A DNA stretch of 64,000 nt from FCB group bacterium (GTDB lineage Bacteria > Fidelibacterota > Marinisomatia > SCGC-AAA003-L08 > JACNLC01). The notes under the pieces were generated by a model, which searched no databases, was not told the DNA's origin, and saw only the letters and a list, made by a program, of their open reading frames with translations. The DNA lies in NCBI GenBank assembly GCA_013152375.1, contig JAADGM010000085.1, positions 4,358-68,357 of the forward strand. Reading direction: 5' to 3'. Each line of letters begins with the position of its first letter. Positions within the stretch are counted from its first letter, which is position 1. Below, one piece after another: positions 28,932-38,600 of the stretch. Made by a program: the position numbers and the translations under genes.

Positions 28932-29998
28932 GGACATTGAAAATATTGCAGAAACTGCTGTTTGTACTGATACTTGGAATGGCCTCGCTCCTGACGGCCC
29001 AGAACCAGGCTGTATTTAGTCTCGGCGCTCTGGACCTGGACGCAGGCACGGTTGAGGTTTGGATTGAAAACGACAGTCCCGTGCATTCCTTCAACATCAA
29101 TGTCAGCGGAATTATTGTTAACGATGTTTACGGGGGAGCCGCGGAAGAGTACGGTTATCATCTTAATTATTCAGGACACCACGGCAGTTTTATCCACGGT
29201 TGGATGATGGGCATGGAAAATGATCCTATCCCGGCTGGCGTGCAATTACTTTTCATAATCGAATTTGAGCCGGTCTATGACCTCCTTTGCATCTATAACG
29301 GACAATGCCAGGGGAATAATGACGACGAGTTCGATGTGGATTTAGACTCCTGCCTTTCACTCGAACCGGAGAGCGATGCCGGCTATTTCAATAATATTCT
29401 AAACGGCTACCTGTCAGAATACCGGGCCTATGCCGAAGCTACGGGTGACAGTCTCGTGGCTTATGTGACCATCGAAGCGTCAGATGATTTGGATTTCGGA
29501 GACGATATAGGACTACTCAGTTTTGAGGGCAATCTCAATTATGGGGACTGCAGCGATGAGATCGGTGAAATTCTCGTAGGATCTGATTTCTGGTACGGCG
29601 GCCCCCTCACGATCCCTGCTTACGGCGCGCTTGATTTTTGTGATGAGGGTGGGTTTCAGCTCCCCGGGTTTGCCCAGGGAGAGCCCATATCGGTGCACAT
29701 TTGGGATGCCAGCGAGGCCACTGAATATGAGATGGATCTGACACAACGGGATGACATCCCATGGAATGGCGGAAACATTATCATCAGTAATATGAGCATC
29801 CAGTCCCTGGTGGCGCTGGGGGGTGATCTGGATCAGGACGGCATAATCAGCGTGACAGATGCCGTTATAATGGTCGATTTTATCTTAGGGCTGACGGACT
29901 TTTCAGAGAGTGAATTTCAGACCGGGGATTTAAATACAGACGGAGATATTGACATACTGGATGTAGTGGCTCTGATCGAGCTGATCATCCGGGGTTAA
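28928..29998 (+). CDS. Secreted acidic protein with a C-terminal dockerin-like double Ca-binding repeat
   Basis: Signal peptide (LLFVLILGMASLLTAQN). The C-terminus has GDLDQDGIISVTDAVIMVDFILG and GDLNTDGDIDILDVVALIELI. Its ATG overlaps the upstream stop (ATGA). Confidence 0.6.
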   Translation: MRTLKILQKLLFVLILGMASLLTAQNQAVFSLGALDLDAGTVEVWIENDSPVHSFNINVSGIIVNDVYGGAAEEYGYHLNYSGHHGSFIHGWMMGMENDPIPAGVQLLFIIEFEPVYDLLCIYNGQCQGNNDDEFDVDLDSCLSLEPESDAGYFNNILNGYLSEYRAYAEATGDSLVAYVTIEASDDLDFGDDIGLLSFEGNLNYGDCSDEIGEILVGSDFWYGGPLTIPAYGALDFCDEGGFQLPGFAQGEPISVHIWDASEATEYEMDLTQRDDIPWNGGNIIISNMSIQSLVALGGDLDQDGIISVTDAVIMVDFILGLTDFSESEFQTGDLNTDGDIDILDVVALIELIIRG

Positions 29999-30199
29999 GA
30001 ATAGACTTGAGAAGCAATTCTCAGCAGGAAAATGGGTGTCTGCAAAGAACATCCAAAAAACAAAAAAACGGAAATTCGATAAAAGCCAAACGAGGGATCG
30101 TGATTCAAAATGACGAACGATCAAACCGAATCACTGAGCTCCCCCGCCTGACAGACGGCTAAATTTATTTCGAATATCCCAAAGTAAAAAGGAGTAAAA

Positions 30200-31693
30200 A
30201 TGAAAAGAATAAGATTAATGAGATCGATAATGTTATCTGCAGGGATATTTGGATTGGCATTTCTCGGCAATCCTCTGAGTGCCCAGGGCGGCATGCACGG
30301 CGGCGGTAACGGAGATGGTAACGGCGGTGGTTATATGAATGATTTCGAGATCGTCACAGTAACCGGTGTGGTTTCCATCGATGATGCTTTCAACATGGAG
30401 CGGTACTTTCTGGATACCGACGACGACGGCGCGGCAGATTATCAACTGAATTTTGGCCCTCCGGACTATCAGCCCGATAGCGGAGCAACCCGTCCCAATG
30501 ACGGTGACACGGTAACAATCACCGGTGCGGCTCAGCAAATGATGATGCTGGATTACGAAATGCTCATCGTTTACGAGATCGACGGACTGCAATGGTTCGA
30601 CCCGGAAAACGGTGACGGCTATGGTGACTGCGGTCATGATGGTGGCGGGATGAACGGAGACCTTGAAGTAATCACTGCTTCAGGGGTAGTTTCAGTCGAT
30701 GGTGAATTTGAGTACCCGAGATATTACCTGGATGAAGACGGTGACGGTGCAGCTGACTACCGACTGAATTTTGGTCCTCCCTGGTATGAACCTGATAGTG
30801 GTGCTGTCCGCCCGGAAGATGGAGATACGGTAACCATTACCGGCGGATTGGGGAACTCGATGATGGATGACCTTTCCGTGATAATGGTTTATGAATTGAA
30901 CGGACTGATCTGGATGGACCCGACAGACATGGGTGGATACGGACACGACGGCAATGGCGGCATGCATGATGGTGACCATGGCGGTCATGGTGATAACGAT
31001 GGCGACGGCAACATGCACCCGCACTGGGGTGATGGCGGCCACGGAGATTTTGAAGAAGGCTGGGGAATGCACTTTGGCCACGGAAACGGCCACGGCCACG
31101 GAGATGGTGACGGTCACCAATTCCCGGATTCGCTGGATGTTGTTACCGTCACAGGTACCGCTATTATAGAATCGCATATGGGGCACGACCAGTATTATCT
31201 GGATGAAGATGGCGATGGCACAGAAGATTATCGCCTGAATTTTGGTCCGCCTGACTATGACCCCGGTAATGGTGCCCAGAGGCCCTCTCAGGGAGACGAA
31301 ATCACGATTACAGGAGCTTTTGTAGAGATGAACATGGATGACATGATCATCGTCTTTGAGATCAACGGTCTCTGGTGGAGTGACCCCGGTGACTTCGAAG
31401 ACTGGGGGCCCATGGGTTCAGGCCAGCAGGAAAATATTGTCTCTGTGAATTGCTTCCCGAATCCCTTCAATCCGCAAACGACCATTCAATTTGTGCTGAA
31501 AGAAAATTCGAGTGTTGAAGCGGGTATTTACAATATCAATGGTCAATTAGTGCAACAAATTGCCAGCGGTTATCGTGCAGCCGGTGATTATTCCTTTACC
31601 TGGAATGCATCGGATCAACCCAGCGGCATCTACTTTGTCAAAATTGCCACTGCCTCTCAGGTCAATGTGAATCGGGTAATGCTGTTGAAGTAA
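30200..31693 (+). CDS. T9SS (Por) C-terminal-sorting-domain protein with three ~95-aa internal repeats and a His/Gly/Asp-rich tract
   Basis: Signal peptide. The repeat units begin near nt 30344, 30661 and 31133, with core Y(F/Y)LD.D.DG..DY.LNFGPP.Y.P..GA.RP..GD.(V/I)TITG. A His-rich segment sits at about 30932..31122. The C-terminal FPNPFNPQTTIQF...GIYFVKI...VMLLK is a Por secretion tail. Confidence 0.7.
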   Translation: MKRIRLMRSIMLSAGIFGLAFLGNPLSAQGGMHGGGNGDGNGGGYMNDFEIVTVTGVVSIDDAFNMERYFLDTDDDGAADYQLNFGPPDYQPDSGATRPNDGDTVTITGAAQQMMMLDYEMLIVYEIDGLQWFDPENGDGYGDCGHDGGGMNGDLEVITASGVVSVDGEFEYPRYYLDEDGDGAADYRLNFGPPWYEPDSGAVRPEDGDTVTITGGLGNSMMDDLSVIMVYELNGLIWMDPTDMGGYGHDGNGGMHDGDHGGHGDNDGDGNMHPHWGDGGHGDFEEGWGMHFGHGNGHGHGDGDGHQFPDSLDVVTVTGTAIIESHMGHDQYYLDEDGDGTEDYRLNFGPPDYDPGNGAQRPSQGDEITITGAFVEMNMDDMIIVFEINGLWWSDPGDFEDWGPMGSGQQENIVSVNCFPNPFNPQTTIQFVLKENSSVEAGIYNINGQLVQQIASGYRAAGDYSFTWNASDQPSGIYFVKIATASQVNVNRVMLLK

Positions 31694-31736
31694 AGACAGC
31701 GGCTTATGAAAGCACATTTCAAATGAGAAATGCTGA

Positions 31737-31772
31737 CAGCGAACGGGTGGAGACTGACTTCCACCCGTTCGC
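31737..31772 (+). terminator. Strong hairpin terminator after the T9SS gene
   Basis: agcgaacgggtgga / gactgact / tccacccgttcgct forms a perfect 14-bp stem. The downstream T-tract is weak (tagttaatattt). Confidence 0.6.
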
Positions 31773-31914
31773 TTAGTTAATATTTAATCAAAAGTTTATC
31801 ACGAGCAATAACGAATATGAAAAATCAAATAAAACCGGCGGAGAAAACGACTCAATCAAATTATGCCGGAACTTTAACGGTAAGAAAATCGTAATAAGGT
31901 AAAATTTTACTTGT

Positions 31915-32343
31915 TTGGTTATTGAGAACCAGTATAAATTGCGCAAAGTGAAAACAATAATTTCCATATTATCTCTGGCGATTGCCCTGAACCTCGGGTC
32001 GCAGATTACAGTCTCCTGTAATATGCCAACCTGTGCAATGCAGGATGAAATCACCTGCAGCTGCAACAACGTTGCCACTGATATGCAAATGGACGGCTGC
32101 TGTCAGCACGACATGGCCTCCAAGACGGATTCAAAAACATCTTCCCCGAAATGCAATCAAAGCAGAATTGACGGTGTTTTCGTTCCCACTTTTACCATTA
32201 CTCATGTTGATACCTACATTGGTTTCCTCACTGAAATTTCACTGTTGTCCATCGATGGACACAGTCGTATGTTCACACCACAGCCAACGAATACAACCCA
32301 CTTTAAACCCGATAAATACCTGAATCTTCCGCTCCTGATCTAA
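31915..32343 (+). CDS. Small Cys/Met-rich membrane-anchored or secreted protein, unknown function
   Basis: Hydrophobic N-terminus (KTIISILSLAIALNL), then SCNMPTCAMQDEITCSCNNVATDMQMDGCCQHDM. The track start is a TTG. An in-frame GTG at 31948 (MKTIISIL...) looks more natural. Confidence 0.4.
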   Translation: MVIENQYKLRKVKTIISILSLAIALNLGSQITVSCNMPTCAMQDEITCSCNNVATDMQMDGCCQHDMASKTDSKTSSPKCNQSRIDGVFVPTFTITHVDTYIGFLTEISLLSIDGHSRMFTPQPTNTTHFKPDKYLNLPLLI

Positions 32344-32428
32344 ACCCCATTCATTCTCCCTTCACGGGGCAGGCAATCCAGGTTGCCGCCCGGTTCCATA
32401 CTACATACACTAAACATAAGGTTACTCC

Positions 32429-33655
32429 ATGAAATTCATCGGAATGATTATTCTGATACTGGCTTTCGCCGTGTCGCAGAAATCGCCAGCAGTATATCAA
32501 GATGACCAGCTTGAAATGTTACTTCGGCTCGCCATCAAAAACAACCCCGAGATAAAGTCCCGGGAAGAAAGCGTTAGCGCATTTATCCATGAAGCAAAAT
32601 TTGCAGGGTCGCTTCCGGACCCTCAGCTGACAGCGGGGTATTTTTTTACTCCCGTTGAGACAAAGGTTGGTCCGCAGGAATGGCGGGTAGGACTGATGCA
32701 GAAATTCCCCTGGTTTGATAAACTCTCAACCAAACGGAAAGTCAGTCTCTTGAAAGCGGAGGTTGCCACGCAGCAGCTTCGCGCCAGCAAACTTAAAATC
32801 GCCCGAGAAGTTCGCACCGTATATCAGAAGTTGAGACTTCTGGCTGTAGATGATTTTATCACCCGAAAAAATCTTGAGATTTTCAAACAGGTCGAAGCTG
32901 TGATCAGAGCCAAATATACCACCGGGACAGCCCGTCAGGCCCACCTGATACAGTTGCAGGTAGAAATCCTGAAATTAGAAGATCAACTTGAAACACTGGA
33001 TGATAAGAAGATTGTCTATAAGGCGGATTTGGCGGATTATCTTGGCGGACTCGAGCTCCCCGCCCTTGATTTCGGGGACCTTGATTACTATGAGGAAGAG
33101 CTCATCGATGGCCAGGCGCTCAACTTTGATTACAACCCTGAGATGCAGATAGCCAACCTCCAGGTGGAAATTGCCCGGCGGGGTCTGCATCTGGCAAAAC
33201 TGGCCTCAATCCCTGATTTTTCCCTTGGTGTAGATTATGTTTCCCTCGGCGGAACCGCCGGAGATAACCCGCTGATGGCCAAGGCCGGGATATCATTACC
33301 CCTGTGGTTTGGTAAAAACAGTGCTTTACGGGGAAAGGCCACGGCGGTACAGCAGTCGGCTGAATACAGGCTCAGAGACACAGAGGAAAAGTATGTCGCC
33401 CGGCTCGAAGAACTTAGATTCAAATTAGAGGATCAGAGAAGGAAATTTCATTTATACGTCAATGAGCTCATTCCGCTGGCAGAGCAGTCGTATCAAACCT
33501 CAGAGGCAGCTTATCTTGGAGAGACCCTTGATTTTGCCTCGTACCTTGATGCAGAGCGTACATTGTTGAATTTACAATTGGCAGCCGCAAGGGCTCGCAG
33601 TGATTACTATATTGCCCAGGCAAAATATTTAGAGATAAACGGTTCAGAATTTTAG
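32429..33655 (+). CDS. TolC-family outer-membrane efflux protein (CzcC/CusC-like)
   Basis: 408 aa with a signal peptide. Two-fold coiled-coil/beta repeat architecture and an OEP-like C-terminus (ARSDYYIAQAKYLEI). Confidence 0.8.
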   Translation: MKFIGMIILILAFAVSQKSPAVYQDDQLEMLLRLAIKNNPEIKSREESVSAFIHEAKFAGSLPDPQLTAGYFFTPVETKVGPQEWRVGLMQKFPWFDKLSTKRKVSLLKAEVATQQLRASKLKIAREVRTVYQKLRLLAVDDFITRKNLEIFKQVEAVIRAKYTTGTARQAHLIQLQVEILKLEDQLETLDDKKIVYKADLADYLGGLELPALDFGDLDYYEEELIDGQALNFDYNPEMQIANLQVEIARRGLHLAKLASIPDFSLGVDYVSLGGTAGDNPLMAKAGISLPLWFGKNSALRGKATAVQQSAEYRLRDTEEKYVARLEELRFKLEDQRRKFHLYVNELIPLAEQSYQTSEAAYLGETLDFASYLDAERTLLNLQLAAARARSDYYIAQAKYLEINGSEF

Positions 33656-33665
33656 GAGAATATCG

Positions 33666-35606
33666 ATGAAAACTTTCAGTTTTAAAAATAAAAAAACTTT
33701 ATACATTGCCGGTCTTGTCATCCTTGCTTTTGTTGCAGGATTATGGCTGGGCAAGCCCGACAGCGCCAAAGCTGTCACGACAGAAAATGCAGCGGCAACT
33801 GAGCATGCAGGAGAGGCGGCCGGCCCTGAGTGGTGGACCTGTTCGATGCATCCTCAGATCAAATTACCCGAACCGGGCCAGTGTCCGATTTGCTTTATGG
33901 ATCTGATCCCACTGGAAACAGCGACCTCAGATGAGGGCCCCCGGGATATTGCTCTCTCTGAAGCGGCTGCCGAGTTAGCGGATGTAGCTGTGGAACCGGT
34001 TCGGCGACAGGTTGCGGAGGCTGAAATAACGCTTTCCGGAATTGTCGAGTATGATGAAACAAAATTGGCAAAAATTGCCGCCTGGGTTCCCGGCAGATTA
34101 GAACGTCTCTACGTCGATTTTACCGGTGTAGAAGTCCAAAAAGGAGATCACATGGTTGATCTTTACAGCCCCGAGCTGGTTGCCACGCGGGAAGAATTGG
34201 AACAGGCTTATTATCAACTGAAATCGGTTAAAGACAAGACCGGCACACTGTATAAAACAGTGGTTGATAATCTTGAAGCCGCCCGTGAAAAGCTGCGGCT
34301 TCTGGGGCTCGCTCCAGAGCAGATTAAAGCAATTGAACAGGGAAAAAGTGAAGAAGATGTGATCACGATATTGAGTCCCTTGTCAGGGATTGTGTTACAC
34401 AAAAATGCTGTGGAGGGTATGTATGTGAAAACGGGCACCCCTATCTACACGATTGCCGATTTGAGTCGTGTTTGGGTTACGCTGGATGTCTATGAATCGG
34501 ATATTTCCTGGCTGAAATATGGGCAGGATGTAAATTTCACGGTGGAAGCTGTCCCGAGTCAGGTCTTTCACAGCCGGATAGCCTTCATTGATCCCGTACT
34601 GGATCCCAAGACGCGCACGATAAAAGTGCGGCTGAATGTTGACAACTCCAACGGTCTGCTCAAGCCGGGAATGTTCGTAAGGGCTACGGCGTTCTCAATT
34701 CTGGATGCAAAAGGCCGGGCGGTAAACCCGGACCTGGCGGGAAAATGGATCGGCCCCATGCACCCGGATGTTGTAAAGGATGCCCCGGGCTCTTGTGATA
34801 TTTGCGGCATGCCGCTTGTAAAAGCAGAATCATTGGGAATCGTATCCATGCCGGCATCGGATAAGCTTCCCCTGATGGTTCCTGCCAGCGCAGTGCTCCT
34901 CACAGGAAAAAGAGCAGTCGTCTATGTGAAAAAACCCGGTATGGAACAACCCACTTTTGAAGGCAGGGAAGTCGTGCTCGGAACCAGGGCGGGAGATTAT
35001 TATATTGTTCATTCCGGCCTTGAAGAAGGTGAAGCTGTGGTTGTAAAAGGAAATTTCAAAATCGACAGTGCCATGCAAATTGCAGCCAAGCCCAGTATGA
35101 TGAACCCCGGCGGAGGAGGTCCGGCACCGGGTCACGGACAGCATAATATGAGCGGTATGGCTCCGGGATCGAAAGAAATGGCGGACATGCCTGCGACTGA
35201 AGCCCCTTTAAATATTCCCGAAAAATTGCTGGATGGCATCTTAATGGTCTATTTGAAACTGCAGGAGAAGCTGTCTCAGGACAATTATGATATGGCTTAT
35301 AAGAACCTGATGGAAATTCACAGATTGACCATGGGCGTACCCGGCGCTGAGTCCATCATGAAGCCAACGATGAAACCCGTATCCAATATTGTGCAGCTCA
35401 GGCAGGTTTTTGAAGAATTATCAACCGTGCTCAGGGGGGCAGCAGCTGCAGGCAGTTTTGGCGGAACCGTGTATGAAGCCTTCTGCCCCATGGCCTTTAA
35501 CAACAAGGGCGCCTACTGGCTGCAGCAGGATAAGCAGATTAAGAATCCGTATTTAGGTACAAAGATGCCGCGCTGCGGAGAAATCAAGAAAACCTTTAAA
35601 CGTTGA
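33666..35606 (+). CDS. RND efflux periplasmic adaptor (CusB/CzcB-like) with two CxxHP...CxxC metal-binding modules and a DUF3347-like C-terminal extension
   Basis: WTCSMHPQIKLPEPGQCPICFMDL (about nt 33831..33905) and GPMHPDVVKDAPGSCDICGMPLV (about nt 34751..34820). Barrel-sandwich/HlyD-like core. The extra ~150-aa C-terminus ends with CPMAF...YLGTKMPRCGE. Confidence 0.85.
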   Translation: MKTFSFKNKKTLYIAGLVILAFVAGLWLGKPDSAKAVTTENAAATEHAGEAAGPEWWTCSMHPQIKLPEPGQCPICFMDLIPLETATSDEGPRDIALSEAAAELADVAVEPVRRQVAEAEITLSGIVEYDETKLAKIAAWVPGRLERLYVDFTGVEVQKGDHMVDLYSPELVATREELEQAYYQLKSVKDKTGTLYKTVVDNLEAAREKLRLLGLAPEQIKAIEQGKSEEDVITILSPLSGIVLHKNAVEGMYVKTGTPIYTIADLSRVWVTLDVYESDISWLKYGQDVNFTVEAVPSQVFHSRIAFIDPVLDPKTRTIKVRLNVDNSNGLLKPGMFVRATAFSILDAKGRAVNPDLAGKWIGPMHPDVVKDAPGSCDICGMPLVKAESLGIVSMPASDKLPLMVPASAVLLTGKRAVVYVKKPGMEQPTFEGREVVLGTRAGDYYIVHSGLEEGEAVVVKGNFKIDSAMQIAAKPSMMNPGGGGPAPGHGQHNMSGMAPGSKEMADMPATEAPLNIPEKLLDGILMVYLKLQEKLSQDNYDMAYKNLMEIHRLTMGVPGAESIMKPTMKPVSNIVQLRQVFEELSTVLRGAAAAGSFGGTVYEAFCPMAFNNKGAYWLQQDKQIKNPYLGTKMPRCGEIKKTFKR

Positions 35607-35665
35607 CGCATCAGCTGAAGAAATTTCCTAAATGAAAACAATTCAAGACTTGAAAGAAATATAAA

Positions 35666-38600
35666 ATGCTGGATAAAATTATTAGATATTGCCTCGAAAA
35701 TAAGCTGATCGTGATCATGGTTCTCATAGGATTGATCGGCTGGGGCGCCATGGTGGCCCCCTTTGACTGGAATCTGGGCGGATTGCCCCGTAATCCGGTC
35801 CCTGTGGATGCCATCCCCGACATTGGTGAAAATCAGCAAATTGTCTTTACCAAATGGATGGGGCGTTCGCCTCAGGATGTTGAAGATCAGATCACCTATC
35901 CTCTGACCGTTGCCCTGTTGGGAATTCCGGAAGTAAAAACCATCCGCTCCTATTCCATGTTTGGATTTTCAACAATATACATCATCTTCAAGGAAGAGGC
36001 GGAATTCTACTGGACCCGCAGCAGAATTCTGGAGAAACTGAATTCACTGCCCTCGGGAACCCTGCCAATGGGGGTACAGCCGGCACTGGGACCCGATGCT
36101 ACGGCACTGGGTCAGGTATTTTGGTACACCATTGAAGGCCGCGATGAAGACGGGAAACCTGCCGGCGGGTGGGACCTTCAGGAGCTTAGATCTGTGCAGG
36201 ACTGGTATGTGCGCTATGGATTGCAGGCAGCTGATGGTGTTTCTGAAGTGGCTTCTATCGGTGGGTACGTTAAAGAGTATCAGATCGATGTGGATCCCGC
36301 AGCCATGCGCGAACACCATGTTACACTTGGCGAGATCTTCAACGCAGTTCGAAATTCAAACCTGGATGTGGGGGCTCGTACGATCGAAGTAAACCGGGTG
36401 GAATATGTTGTCAGAGGGCTGGGTTTCATCAAAGACCTGGAAGATATTGAATACACAGTTGTTAAAACCAACAACAACATTCCGCTGTACATCAAAGATG
36501 TGGCTAACGTAACGCTGGGCCCAGCTCTGCGCCGTGGTGCGCTGGACAAAGAGGGCAGCGAAGCTGTTGGTGGTGTTGTAGTTGCCAGATTCGGTGAAAA
36601 TCCTCTGTCGGTCATTAAAAATGTGAAAGCCAAGATCGAAGAATTAAATCCTGGCCTGCCCACGAAACAATTAGCTGACGGCAGAACCTCACAGTTGACC
36701 ATTGTCCCTTTTTATGACAGAACGGGTCTCATTTATGAAACCCTGGGAACCCTGAACCATGCCCTGAGAGATGAGATCCTGGTAACCTTAATTGTGGTCA
36801 TTATCATGGTGATGCATCTTAAAACATCCATCCTCATCGGCGGGCTGCTGCCCATCACGGTACTGTTCGTCTTCATCGGCATGAAGGTTTTCGGTGTTGA
36901 CGCAAATATTGTGGCCTTATCGGGGATTGCAATCGCCATCGGTACGATCGTAGATATGGGGATAGTTGTCTCGGAGAACATGTTAAAGCACCTTGACGAG
37001 GCGCAGGAGGGAGAAGACTCCCTGAATGTACTCTTCAGGGCGGCCTCCGAGGTTGGGAGCGCGGTTCTCACGGCGGTTTCCACCACGGTGGTAAGTTTTC
37101 TGCCGGTCTTCGTGATGGAAGGAGCTGAGGGGAAATTATTCCGTCCGCTGGCATACACCAAGACCTTTGCCCTGATTGCCTCGCTGGTTGTTGCCCTGAC
37201 CATCCTGCCGCTGTTTGCACACATTTTCTACACCAAGCGCATCAACAGTAAAAAATTGAGACTGGTCTTAAATGGCATCATCGTTACGGCGGGCCTTGTG
37301 CTGATGTTCAGCTTTAAATGGTGGGTTGGGTTGATCTTTATCATCATGGGTGTTTTCCCTTACGTTAAACAGCTTATGGCTGCAGGTCGGATGGGGACGC
37401 CCGGTGTTAAAATTTCAGAGAAAATCCCCTATCTGCTGAACTGGATTGTAGTGGTGATTGTAGCGGGAATATTGTCAGTTACCTGGTCGCCTCTGGGGTA
37501 TGGACGCAGCGCGTTCATTAATTTCATCTTTGTGCTGATGATCCTGGGAGTTATCATGGCGGCGATTCTCGTCTTCACACACTATTATCCGAGGATGTTG
37601 CGCTGGACGCTGGATCACAAGGTACTCACTCTGTCCGGCCCGGCCCTCTTGTTGGTGGTTGGGATGGTTTCCTGGCTGGGGTTCGGAAATGTTTTCGGTT
37701 TTCTGCCCAGATTCATGAAATCAAACAGGGTTTTCGCGGATTTGTCCCATACTTTCCCGGGGCTGGGAAAAGAATTCATGCCGGCTCTGGATGAGGGCTC
37801 CTATCTCTACATGCCCACAACCATGCCGCATGCGGGAATGGAAGAATCCCTCGATGTGCTGTCAACCCTGGACAAGGCGCTTTATTCTGTGCCAGAGGTT
37901 GACGAAGTCGTGGGTAAAATGGGTCGGGCTGAAACACCCCTGGACCCGGCACCAATTTCGATGGTGGAGACGGTCATCAGCTATAAATCGGAATATATGA
38001 CGGATAAAAACGGTAACCGCCTGCGGTTCCAGGTTGATTCAGATGGTGAGTTCGTCAGGGATGCACAGGGTGAACTGATCCCTGATCCGGACGGCAAGCC
38101 CTTCCGGCAGTGGCGCGATCATATTCGTACCGCCGATGATATCTGGGACGAGTTGGTGAAGGCAGCCAGGATTCCCGGCACGACTTCAGCGCCCAAACTG
38201 CAGCCCATTTCAGCCCGCCTGGTTATGCTCCAGAGCGGTATGCGCGCCCCCATGGGAATGAAGGTCAAAGGACCCGATCTGGAGACCATTGAGAAAGTGG
38301 GACTGCAGCTTGAAAAATATCTGAAAGAAGTCCCGGGTGTTAAATCAGAAATGGTATTTGCAGACCGGATCGTGGGCAAACCCTATCTGGAAATCGATAT
38401 CGATCGCAGGGCAATTGCCCGCTATGGGATCAAGCTGAAGCAGATGCAGGATATCATTGAAGTTGCCATCGGCGGCAAACCCATCACAACGACGGTTGAG
38501 GGCCGAGAGAGATACCCTGTCAGGGTGCGCTATATGCGCGAACTGAGAGATAATATCGAGTCTCTGAGTGACATCCTGGTTCCGGCTCCCAACGGAACGC

